NCBI GenBank assembly: GCA_934169575.1
Contig: CAKPOA010000006.1
Location: 457 to 64,456, forward strand
DNA: 64,000 nt
Reading direction: 5' to 3'
Source: an uncultured Clostridia bacterium
GTDB taxonomy: Bacteria > Bacillota > Clostridia > TANB77 > CAG-508
Below, one piece after another: positions 1-8,806 of this stretch. Below the pieces are notes generated by a model, which was not told the origin of the DNA, did no database searches, and saw nothing but the letters and a program-made list of their open reading frames with translations. The position numbers were made by a program, and so were the translations under genes. Position 1 is the first letter of the stretch. The number at the start of each line of letters is the position of its first letter.

Positions 1-51
1 TCAGAACTCACAAGTCTAACCGAAGAAGAAATAAATAATATTAAAAAATAA
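1..51 (+). CDS. 3' end of an unidentified CDS entering from the left edge (partial)
   Basis: Frame 1 is open (...SELTSLTEEEINNIKK) to TAA at 49-51 and is followed by a convergent terminator hairpin. Too short to name. Confidence 0.3.
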   Translation, partial: SELTSLTEEEINNIKK

Positions 52-65
52 TTTTTATATTTATA

Positions 66-112
66 AGATACATCTAATTTTATCTATAATTAAGATAAAA
101 TTAGATGTATCT
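66..112. terminator. Bidirectional terminator-like hairpin between convergent genes
   Basis: Perfect 20-bp inverted repeat AGATACATCTAATTTTATCT / AGATAAAATTAGATGTATCT with a 7-nt loop, in an A/T-run context. Confidence 0.6.
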
Positions 113-121
113 ATAAATTTT

Positions 122-3100
122 TTATTCATCAAACAAACTCATTATTTCATCTTTACTAAATTTATTAATAAATGAAGTTTTGGTACTAAGCATATTATCA
201 ACCAAATTAGCCTTTTTTTGTTGCAATTCATAAATTTTTTCTTCAATAGAATTAGAAGTAATCAATTTATAAACTTGAACATTATTTTTTTGACCAATCC
301 TATATGCCCTATCAGTTGCCTGATTTTCTGCAGACTGATTCCACCAAGGATCATAATGAATAACCATATCAGCACCAGTCAAATTAAGACCTGTTCCACC
401 AGCTTTTAAAGAAATCAAAAATACTTTAATATCTGGATTAGTATTAAACTCATCAACAAGAGCTATTCTTTCATCAACTTTTGTATTACCTGTAAGTTTA
501 AAATATTTAATATTCATTGTTCTTAATTGTTTTTCAATAATTTCAAACATTGAAGTATAACCAGAAAACAATAATATTTTATGATTAGACTGAATTGCAT
601 CATCCATTATTTCCATACATTGGCTGAGTTTGCTACTCATTCCTTTATAATCTTTCAAAAATAGTCCTGGGTGGCAACATATTTGTCTAAGTCTTGTAAG
701 ACCTGCAAGTATTTTTATTTGACTTTTTTCAAATCCATTCATATTAATTTCTTCTGCAACTTCTTTTTTTATTTTTGATAGATATGATAAATAAATCAAT
801 TCTTGTTCTTGTTCCATCTGATTATTTACAACTGTTATTGTTTTTTCTGGAAGTTCTGTTAATACATCTGTTTTATTTCTTCTTAATATAAAAGGTTCAA
901 TTAGCATTTTTAATTTTTTCATAGCCTGTTCATCTTGTTCTTTTACAATTGGTGTTTCATAAAGAGACTTAAATTTTTTATATGAAAATAAATAACCCGG
1001 CATAACAAAATCAAATATGGACCATAATTCAGCAAGTGAATTTTCTATAGGTGTTCCTGTTAATGCAAACCTTGTTTCAGCATTAAGTTTTTTTATAGCT
1101 TTTGCATTTTGTGTATTACTATTTTTCATATATTGAGCCTCATCTGCAATTACATATTTAAAACAATAATTTTTTTCATTATATATACTTATATCTCTTT
1201 TTAATAAATCATATGATGTAATTACTATATCATAATTTTCTATATTTGATATAATTTCTTTTCTTTCAACTGCATTTCCTCTTATTACTTGTATCTTTAA
1301 ATCAGGAGCAAATTTTTGTACTTCATTTTTCCAATTTAATGTAAGAGAACTTGGTGAAACAACAATAGTTGTTTTTCTATCTTTACCACTTTTTTGGACA
1401 TAATCTAAAACTATAGAAATAACTTGCAACGTTTTTCCCAGTCCCATATCATCTGCAAGTATTCCACCAAAATGATATGAATCTAAAACTTTAAGCCATC
1501 TAAAACCAATTTTTTGATAATCTCTTAAAATTTTATCCATATTTTCAGGAATAAAAATTTCTTCATTTATATTATCATGTTCCATATTTTCAACAATTTT
1601 TTTAAATTCACTATTTTTTGATACATTACTTATTTCTTGTTTTTTTAATAATTCATTTAAATACAAAGTTCTATTTACAGGTAATCTTATTTCTTCTTTT
1701 TCCAAGTCTGTATAATCTAAATCCATGCCTGTAACTAGTTTATCTAAAAATTCTATATCATGACTTTCTTCTAAATCAATAAAATCGCCATTTTTTAATC
1801 TATAATATTTCTTTTTTAATTTATATTTTTGCATTATATCTTGCAATTCTTGTTTATCAACATTTATTTTACTCAAATCAACAGATAATAAATTGTTTTC
1901 AACTTTTATTCCAATTGTTCCAATTTTTGGTTTTCTAATTTCTTTAGTTTTAAAATTATCTGTTGCTAAAACTTCAAAATTTTTCATATAATATTCAATA
2001 TCACTTGATAAGAAATTATATATATCTTCTTCTTTCGGTAATATAAATCTTTTATTTTCATAATCTGTCATAAAACCTGTTTTCATAAGTATATTTAATT
2101 TTTTATTTTCGTCCATTAAATTTCTTGGAACCTTTATTTGTGCATTTTCATCTAATGGATTAAATTCTTCATCACCATAACAAAATCTAATATCAGAAGT
2201 TATATAATCATTTTTATCATAATCTAAATACATTTTTACACCTAACTTTTTAGGCTTATATTCCTCAACTTCTTTTTCATCAATTCCTTTTAATTTTATG
2301 CAATTATCTACCTGAGGCATCATTACACCATATAATTCTTGTAAATCCTCTTTTTCTAAATCAAGTTCATATACATATTCACTTCTAAAAAGATCTATCA
2401 TTTTTTTTGTAGATTTTTTGAATTTATCACTACATCTATATAAAATATCATCTTCAAAAACATATGTATATTTTTTTCCATCTAAATTATTAATTCCTAA
2501 AACATTTTTATTAGATTTTATTTTATATTTACCAGCTTTTGTTTTTACAAGTTCAAATCTTATATCTGGATCTTCTTCTTTAAATTCTAAAACTGTTATT
2601 TTTCTACCATTTTCAAATGGTATTTTTTTATGTTTTAACATATCAAATATTTCATCAAGTATTGTTGATGTAACAGGTATTGATGTTTGTTTACTTGTTG
2701 ATTCATAATAACTATATCTACTTACATTTTGAGCCATAATAAGCATTTCAGCATATCTTAATATAAATTCTAATACAGGCTGGCTTTCTTCAGTGAAATT
2801 TTCTTTTTTATGTACAAATTCTAATTTATCACCATATTTATAATTTTGTTCATAAATTACATTAGTATAAAATTCTTTCAAATCTTTTAATTTATACATT
2901 CTATTATTACCTATTTTAAATTCCAACCTAAGTTTTCCATCATATTTATCTGCAATTAATCTAGTTTCTATTTTTACTTTATTTTCTAATATTTCATCTT
3001 CCACATTTAACTCATTCATTTGCTCATTATATAATTCATTAACAATTCTTCTAAAATTTGTCATTACATATGGTTTATGTGGTTCTTCATTTTCATCAAT

Positions 3101-3442
3101 AAACACTCCATTATTATTTTCATTATAATTTTTATCCCAATATTTAGGTTGTTTAAACTTCATTAATGTTGCAACAATATGTTTACAAGCACTATATCTT
3201 GAAAAATAATCTTCACATTCACATGACATTACATCTAATTCACCATCATTAATTTCTATTTGTGTAGTATATTGTCCATAATTTCCATCAACAATTCCCG
3301 TTATTGAAAAATTATCTTTATTTTCATATGCTACATTACTTATTTCAACTTTTGCTTTATTTATATATTGTCTTGCTTTTTCAACTCTTTTTTCTCCTGC
3401 ATCTTCACATATTTCTTGAAATATTTGATCATTTATTTGCAT
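122..3442 (-). CDS. SNF2-family helicase with N-terminal SWIM zinc finger (YwqA-like)
   Basis: SWIM-type motif CECEDYFSRYSACKHIVA. SNF2 motifs ILADDMGLGKT, DEAQYMKN, LISLKAGGTGLNL and QATDRAYRIGQ. Start moved from the ORF-track start to ATG 3442 (MQINDQ...), which is preceded by an AGAGGGGAG RBS. Confidence 0.85.
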   Translation of the reverse strand: MQINDQIFQEICEDAGEKRVEKARQYINKAKVEISNVAYENKDNFSITGIVDGNYGQYTTQIEINDGELDVMSCECEDYFSRYSACKHIVATLMKFKQPKYWDKNYNENNNGVFIDENEEPHKPYVMTNFRRIVNELYNEQMNELNVEDEILENKVKIETRLIADKYDGKLRLEFKIGNNRMYKLKDLKEFYTNVIYEQNYKYGDKLEFVHKKENFTEESQPVLEFILRYAEMLIMAQNVSRYSYYESTSKQTSIPVTSTILDEIFDMLKHKKIPFENGRKITVLEFKEEDPDIRFELVKTKAGKYKIKSNKNVLGINNLDGKKYTYVFEDDILYRCSDKFKKSTKKMIDLFRSEYVYELDLEKEDLQELYGVMMPQVDNCIKLKGIDEKEVEEYKPKKLGVKMYLDYDKNDYITSDIRFCYGDEEFNPLDENAQIKVPRNLMDENKKLNILMKTGFMTDYENKRFILPKEEDIYNFLSSDIEYYMKNFEVLATDNFKTKEIRKPKIGTIGIKVENNLLSVDLSKINVDKQELQDIMQKYKLKKKYYRLKNGDFIDLEESHDIEFLDKLVTGMDLDYTDLEKEEIRLPVNRTLYLNELLKKQEISNVSKNSEFKKIVENMEHDNINEEIFIPENMDKILRDYQKIGFRWLKVLDSYHFGGILADDMGLGKTLQVISIVLDYVQKSGKDRKTTIVVSPSSLTLNWKNEVQKFAPDLKIQVIRGNAVERKEIISNIENYDIVITSYDLLKRDISIYNEKNYCFKYVIADEAQYMKNSNTQNAKAIKKLNAETRFALTGTPIENSLAELWSIFDFVMPGYLFSYKKFKSLYETPIVKEQDEQAMKKLKMLIEPFILRRNKTDVLTELPEKTITVVNNQMEQEQELIYLSYLSKIKKEVAEEINMNGFEKSQIKILAGLTRLRQICCHPGLFLKDYKGMSSKLSQCMEIMDDAIQSNHKILLFSGYTSMFEIIEKQLRTMNIKYFKLTGNTKVDERIALVDEFNTNPDIKVFLISLKAGGTGLNLTGADMVIHYDPWWNQSAENQATDRAYRIGQKNNVQVYKLITSNSIEEKIYELQQKKANLVDNMLSTKTSFINKFSKDEIMSLFDE

Positions 3443-3455
3443 TTTTTGCTCCCCT

Positions 3456-4292
3456 CTAGCTTTTTTCTGGCATATAAACAGATTTTGCAACAACATCCAT
3501 TTTCACAACATTCATAGCTGTTAAATTTTCAATTTCTCTAATTGCTTTTTGTTTAAATAATTTTAAACTTTCTACAACATTATATCCATATACAATTTCT
3601 ACTTCCATATATATAATAGGACCTTCAGCAGAATTGTCAACTCTTGTTTTTAAGACTCTATGTATTTCATCTAATTTATTTGCAACATATTCTGCAATTT
3701 GTCTAAACACATTATCTGAAATTGTAAAATTTCCTAAATAACTAAATGTTGGTCTTATTATTGATTTTTCAGATATATATGGTTTTTGTCCATTTCCTTT
3801 TAATTTAAAAATTTGAAGTGGATCTAGCAAATACCCAGAAAAATCTTTTTTTATTTCAAAAGTTGGAACAGGTATAACATGTTTTCCTTCTGTAACTCTT
3901 ATTTTTCTAGCAGTTTCCATTTCTTGTTCTGTCGCTACATCAGTAATATATACAGTCTCAGATATTTTAGGTAATCCAAGATTTTGTGCAATTTTTTCTA
4001 CCATTCCATCTGATGTTCCCAAAATCAAAATACTTCTTGCTTTATATTTGTTTAAAGCTTTTTTTATTGCATTACTTTCACTTTCATTTATAAATAAAGC
4101 TTTTTTTACAGTTTCTATTTTAGTTGATGCCTTTTTTGCAGAGCTTCCTGCAATTACTTGATTATCATATATTAATAATCCATCATCTATTATAAAATGT
4201 ACATTTTTTTCTGCTGCAACCATTTGTGCTCTGTAACTTTTGCCTGTCCCTGATGGACCAACAAAAGCATATACTTTTATTTGACTTAGCAT
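3456..4292 (-). CDS. P-loop NTPase fused to a C-terminal Asp23/Gls24-like domain
   Basis: Walker A GPSGTGKS at residues 12-19. The C-terminal ~100 aa (FTISDNVFRQIAEYVA...IYMEVEIVYGYNVVESLKLFKQKAIREIENLTAMNVVKMDVVAKSV) matches the Asp23 family pattern by eye. TAG stop lies 13 nt before the SNF2 start. Confidence 0.6.
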   Translation of the reverse strand: MLSQIKVYAFVGPSGTGKSYRAQMVAAEKNVHFIIDDGLLIYDNQVIAGSSAKKASTKIETVKKALFINESESNAIKKALNKYKARSILILGTSDGMVEKIAQNLGLPKISETVYITDVATEQEMETARKIRVTEGKHVIPVPTFEIKKDFSGYLLDPLQIFKLKGNGQKPYISEKSIIRPTFSYLGNFTISDNVFRQIAEYVANKLDEIHRVLKTRVDNSAEGPIIYMEVEIVYGYNVVESLKLFKQKAIREIENLTAMNVVKMDVVAKSVYMPEKS

Positions 4293-4349
4293 ATTTCTTC
4301 TCCTTTATTAATAAAGTACCAAAAGGAATCTCTCCTATTGGTACATTTT

Positions 4350-5579
4350 TTAAGCAATCTCTTTTATTTTTATATCTCTAACATGTTCAATTTTTTCCCA
4401 TTTTGTATCTCTTTTAAATAGACACTTGAAATTAATTACAAGCCAAGAGCCGATAAATAATGGATAATATATAAGCCATTTTCTCATAGGTTTTATAGGC
4501 TTTTTCTCTAAATACATTATAAAGACTGCTGTTAATATTGGTAATATAAATGTTGGTATAATATATCTTCCAATATTATATATTAATTCTACTCCAGTCA
4601 TTTCATGAGCAAAATATATTACAAAATTTAATAAAACCAATAAAATTGATGCTACAAACATTGGTATACTTCCGACTATGTATAATAGTCCATCAAAGTT
4701 CATTGCTGTTTTGTTTTTCTTTATTGCTAAAGCAAGGTCTTTTGTATATATTTTCATACATTGAATATGTCCAACTGTCCATCTACTTCTTTGTGACCAA
4801 GATGCTTTAAAATTAACTGGTTGCTCATCATATACTATTGCATCTGTTGCCCAACCTAATTTTCTACCTTTTATTATTCTTTTTAGTGAAAATTCTATAT
4901 CTTCAGTTAATGTTACAGTATCCCATCCTGTATCTTTTACTAAATCAAATTTCACCATAAAACCTGTTCCATTTAACATTGGAGATAATCCAATATTATA
5001 TCTTGCTAAATGATAAAATCTGTGCATTGTCCAATAAAATAATGCATATCCTGCTGTTACCCAACTATCTGTAGGATTTTTTATATCTCTGTAACCTTGA
5101 ACTACTTCTTCACCTTGGCATAATTTTTTATTCATATTTTTTGTAAAGTTTTTATCTACAATATTATCTGCATCAAATATGAAAAACGCATCATAATCAG
5201 CATTTTCTTTTATTTTTTGTTTTAAAAACCAGTCTAATGCATAACCTTTTGTTTTATGTTCTTCATCAAATCTTTCATATACAATTGCTCCATGTTCTTT
5301 CGCAATTTTTGCAGTATTATCTGTACAATTGTCTGCAATTACATATATATCTAATAATTCTTTATCATAATCCTGATTATTTAAACTATCTATTAAATTT
5401 CCTATTACCATTTCTTCATTATGTGCTGGTAATATTGCCATAAATTTATGATTTTTTACTATTTTTAATGGTTTGTCTTTAAATTTTATTAATGAGCATA
5501 AACTAATTGCAAGTTGGTATACCCAAAATACTCCAATTATATATATCAATGCTTGCCTTAATATATAAACATATTCCAT
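4350..5579 (-). CDS. Membrane-embedded family 2 glycosyltransferase (processive synthase type)
   Basis: N-terminal TM, GT2 core (LPAHNEE, DNCTDNT, FDADN), QRSRW (QxxRW) motif, then 3-4 C-terminal TM helices. GGAGAT RBS. TTGCAA-17-TATAAT promoter upstream. Confidence 0.8.
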   Translation of the reverse strand: MEYVYILRQALIYIIGVFWVYQLAISLCSLIKFKDKPLKIVKNHKFMAILPAHNEEMVIGNLIDSLNNQDYDKELLDIYVIADNCTDNTAKIAKEHGAIVYERFDEEHKTKGYALDWFLKQKIKENADYDAFFIFDADNIVDKNFTKNMNKKLCQGEEVVQGYRDIKNPTDSWVTAGYALFYWTMHRFYHLARYNIGLSPMLNGTGFMVKFDLVKDTGWDTVTLTEDIEFSLKRIIKGRKLGWATDAIVYDEQPVNFKASWSQRSRWTVGHIQCMKIYTKDLALAIKKNKTAMNFDGLLYIVGSIPMFVASILLVLLNFVIYFAHEMTGVELIYNIGRYIIPTFILPILTAVFIMYLEKKPIKPMRKWLIYYPLFIGSWLVINFKCLFKRDTKWEKIEHVRDIKIKEIA

Positions 5580-5674
5580 TTTTTATCTCCTTTTCTTAAT
5601 ACATTATATTTAATCACTATTTCTATTATACTATCTTTATGACAATTTTGCAACTTTTTTTCCTCATTTTTCAC

Positions 5675-5705
5675 AAAAAAGTTTGCAAAAAATGCAAACT
5701 TTTTT
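5675..5705 (-). terminator. Intrinsic terminator after the small Cys-rich gene
   Basis: AAAAAAGTTTGCA-AAAAA-TGCAAACTTTTTT hairpin with flanking A/T runs. It could work in both directions. Confidence 0.65.
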
Positions 5706-5717
5706 CTTTTTTAACAA

Positions 5718-5882
5718 TTATTTACAACAATCATAACTTGAGCACATTGATTCATCAGATTTATGAGTATTGCAAGATTTTGTTGGTGTAACATTTATGC
5801 AACATAATTTGCACATATTATTTTGACTATTATGATGTTTACAGCTAGTTACTGTACAATTTATTTGTTGATTTTTTTCCAT
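5718..5882 (-). CDS. Small Cys-rich protein, DUF1540-like (not in supplied ORF track)
   Basis: Hand translation gives MEKNQQINCTVTSCKHHNSQNNMCKLCCINVTPTKSCNTHKSDESMCSSYDCCK (54 aa). The CxVxxCxHH...C...I.V pattern recalls DUF1540. Followed by a clean terminator. Confidence 0.5.
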   Translation of the reverse strand: MEKNQQINCTVTSCKHHNSQNNMCKLCCINVTPTKSCNTHKSDESMCSSYDCCK

Positions 5883-5942
5883 AATATCACAATCCTTTCA
5901 CGAGATTTAATATTAATATGTCACAAAATCAAAAATATATTC

Positions 5943-8453
5943 TTAGTTTTTAAAATTTTCATTATAGATTTTCTTTGCAACATCTTCATCAAAATCAAAA
6001 GCATAAACATATCCTCCTAAGTTTTTAGCCTTTTGTCGTAAATTCTCATTATCTTCATTAACATAAATTTTAGCTTTTCCTTTTCCATTTTTTGCTTCTT
6101 GAATTAAGTTAGAAACAGGAGAATTTCCATCATATGCAATAACAATAGATTTTATTCTTTCAAAAATTTCATAATTAAAACTTTTATATATTCCAGAATC
6201 ATCACTTTCTATAGAAACACACACACCTGTAATATCTGATTGAAGTAATCTTTCTTTTACTTCTTTAGAAATCATTTTAGGAATAATTGCATAAATTTCA
6301 AAATTTTTTCTTGATTTTTTGCAAATTTCTATAATTTCTTTTTCATATCCTTTGATACTATGACCAATAACAAAATATGCTTGTTCTGGGCTTACAAGTT
6401 TTACTAATTTTTCTAATATAATTCTTCCATCTTCTTCAACATGTGTATTTAGCCCCTTAGCATTAAAACTTCCACCAGCAATAATTATAGGTGTTTTGTC
6501 TAAAGGTAAACTATTTACAATTAACTGCCTAAGATATTGTTCAGCTGGAACTTTATCAGTTATTCTCCATTGTATTTTTTGATCTTTATTTTCTTGTTCA
6601 TATTTTTCTTCTAATTCTAAAAGAGCATCTCTTATAGTTCTTCCATTTAAAAATTTTGCAAACTCACAGCTTTTTTCTACAAAATATCCTTTACTGTGTT
6701 TTATTATTTCATCTTCAACATCTCTCATTTTAGCAAATTCTTCATCTTTTACACCTAAAAAATTTTGAAGAGCAAGTTGTTCATCAATAGTATCGATTCC
6801 ATAAAAACCGCAACCATCTGTACCTTGAACACATTTTATTCCATGTCTTAAATATTTTTTTAGAGGATGTTTTGATATCTTACTTAGATTATTTAATCTA
6901 ACATTTGATGTTATTTGGAATTCCATTACAGCACCAGCTTCTTTTATATCTTTAATTAACTGTTCTCCCTCTTTGCTATCTAAATTAGGAGTGTAAAGCC
7001 CATGCCCTATTCTAACACGCGGAAATTCCTGACCTGGTTTTAATGAATTTTTTACACATTTTATTGAATTTGATACATTATCTTTCAAACTATCATTTTC
7101 TCCAGCATGTATTCTTATTGTATATCCTTTATCTTCATTTCCAACATATTGCACAATTTCATTAATTACAGGTTGTAATTCTGAAATATCATTTATCTCT
7201 TCACCAATAAAATCACATCCAACAACATATGGACTTTTTGATACAGTTTTTAATACATTTATATTTTCTCTTAAATAATCTCCATTTGTTATATTATCAT
7301 TTACTATTGTAAGAGGTATTCTTCTTATTGCAACTAAAAATCTAATTTTTACACCTGTTTCCTGCTCAATTTTTGGCATTATTTCATGTACTTCTTCTAA
7401 TAACTCTATTGCTGGTAAACCTTTTTTTGTAAGAGTAGTATCTGCAATTTCAACATATTCTATTCTTTGTTTTTGATATTCTCTTGCTATCCACAATAAT
7501 TTATCTTGTCTTAAATTATTGTCTTTAAAAGGACTATTTTCAGTTAAATCATCTAACATTTTAATTACAATATCTTTTATTTCTTTTACAGGTATATTTC
7601 TTATATTTTCTTTTTCTTGTGTTAAATCTATTTTTTTATCACTTTCTTGTCCTTTTGCAAATATATATCTATATAAATATAACTTTTCTAAATTTGTAAA
7701 TACTGCTTGACCATCTTTTAATATTGCCAAACTTCTTCTTATTTTTTCTAAATTTTCATATGCATTTTCTAAATTGTGTAATATAAAATCTGCAAAATTT
7801 ATAAATGTATTATCATTAATCTTTCTATCTAAATATTTTCCTTCCAATTTTGAGTCTTTAAATTTTTCTTCGACTTTTTTTCTTTGATTATATATAATTT
7901 CTTCTTGATTTTTATTTAATTTTAAATCTAATTTTTTGATATAATATAATGGATATTTTACTTGATGTTTTATTCCAAGTGCTATTAAACAATCAGGTGA
8001 TAAATTGGCATTCATATGTGTATGTAAATCTGTCTTAAATTTTATTTTTTTTAATATATATGATTTTACAATGGTTTTTTCTATAGGCATTTTATAGTCT
8101 TTTGTTTGTGACATCAATGTTTTTGCAATTGCAGGTATTTGTCCATTTAATTGCACACCTTTATCCTTAAAAATATTTGCAATTCTATATCCACCTAATC
8201 TAAATATATATAATTCATTATTTTGTGCATCAATACTTGCTGGTATTTCTCCTGTAATTATTTTCATATCTTTATCATTTTTTACAGTTTCTGTACCACA
8301 TAATTTTGCTAAATTTGTTATCAAATTTCCTGTATTATGGTTTGGTGTTTCTAATATATATGTTAATTCATCTTCTCCTGTTTGATATAAATTTACTACT
8401 ATATCTCTTTCTTTATCTAAATAAAATGTGGTAAAATATTGGTCTTTTTGCAT
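5943..8453 (-). CDS. Multidomain adenosine/AMP-deaminase-superfamily protein with unknown N-domain and SLOG/LOG-like C-domain
   Basis: Metal and catalytic motifs appear in the canonical order: DLHTHMN (HxH), IRIHAGEND, RIGHGLY, QITSNV, QGTDGCG. A long helical insertion follows the HxH motif. The C-terminal ~200 aa alternate beta and alpha elements (PIIIAGGSF, YFVIGHS, EIYAIIP, VIAYDGNSPVSNLIQEA). Start moved to ATG 8453 (MQKDQYF), preceded by an AGGAGA RBS. Confidence 0.7.
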   Translation of the reverse strand: MQKDQYFTTFYLDKERDIVVNLYQTGEDELTYILETPNHNTGNLITNLAKLCGTETVKNDKDMKIITGEIPASIDAQNNELYIFRLGGYRIANIFKDKGVQLNGQIPAIAKTLMSQTKDYKMPIEKTIVKSYILKKIKFKTDLHTHMNANLSPDCLIALGIKHQVKYPLYYIKKLDLKLNKNQEEIIYNQRKKVEEKFKDSKLEGKYLDRKINDNTFINFADFILHNLENAYENLEKIRRSLAILKDGQAVFTNLEKLYLYRYIFAKGQESDKKIDLTQEKENIRNIPVKEIKDIVIKMLDDLTENSPFKDNNLRQDKLLWIAREYQKQRIEYVEIADTTLTKKGLPAIELLEEVHEIMPKIEQETGVKIRFLVAIRRIPLTIVNDNITNGDYLRENINVLKTVSKSPYVVGCDFIGEEINDISELQPVINEIVQYVGNEDKGYTIRIHAGENDSLKDNVSNSIKCVKNSLKPGQEFPRVRIGHGLYTPNLDSKEGEQLIKDIKEAGAVMEFQITSNVRLNNLSKISKHPLKKYLRHGIKCVQGTDGCGFYGIDTIDEQLALQNFLGVKDEEFAKMRDVEDEIIKHSKGYFVEKSCEFAKFLNGRTIRDALLELEEKYEQENKDQKIQWRITDKVPAEQYLRQLIVNSLPLDKTPIIIAGGSFNAKGLNTHVEEDGRIILEKLVKLVSPEQAYFVIGHSIKGYEKEIIEICKKSRKNFEIYAIIPKMISKEVKERLLQSDITGVCVSIESDDSGIYKSFNYEIFERIKSIVIAYDGNSPVSNLIQEAKNGKGKAKIYVNEDNENLRQKAKNLGGYVYAFDFDEDVAKKIYNENFKN

Positions 8454-8589
8454 ATTCTTCTCTCCTTTCCAAATAATTAAATTACGTAGATTTAATTTTA
8501 TCACATTTTTTGTTAAATGTCCAATTTTTCAGAATGCTTTTTAATTATGCTAAGTATAGGTACAAGTCAGCCATTTTTAATTTATAACC

Positions 8590-8740
8590 CAAATATGTGT
8601 ATAGAATTATTTTTTAATACTGCGCAAGCGACCAAACGAACGTAAGTGAGTGCGATTGGAGCAATTTTCATTATACTAATTTTTTAATATGGAAATTGCG
8701 ACTGCAAAATATGTAAAAATAATTCTATACACATATTTTG
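8590..8740 (+). repeat. Copy 1 of a dispersed structured repeat (GC-rich core inside long AT-rich inverted arms)
   Basis: The core CTGCGCAAGCGACCAAACGA...GTGCGATTGGAGCAATTTTCAT...ATGGAAATTGCGACTGCAA is shared with three other loci. The 24-bp arms AAATATGTGTATAGAATTATTTTT and their complement are perfect. Confidence 0.85.
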
Positions 8741-8767
8741 TTCTAAATCACTTTAATAACTAAATAT

Positions 8768-8797
8768 ACTTGAACTTCTACATATAGAAGTTCAAGT
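8768..8797 (-). terminator. Terminator hairpin after pilC
   Basis: ACTTGAACTTCTA-CATA-TAGAAGTTCAAGT, a perfect 13-bp stem 10 nt downstream of the pilC stop. The T-run is weak. Confidence 0.5.
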
Positions 8798-8806
8798 AAT
8801 AAGTTA

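Noticed and set aside
5943-8453. Calling the deaminase-fold gene a RADAR system (RdrB) or a Cad1-type CRISPR ancillary effector.
   Set aside because: No RdrA-like ATPase gene is adjacent, no CARF domain is recognisable, and no cas genes or arrays are present. Only the general fold analogy is retained.
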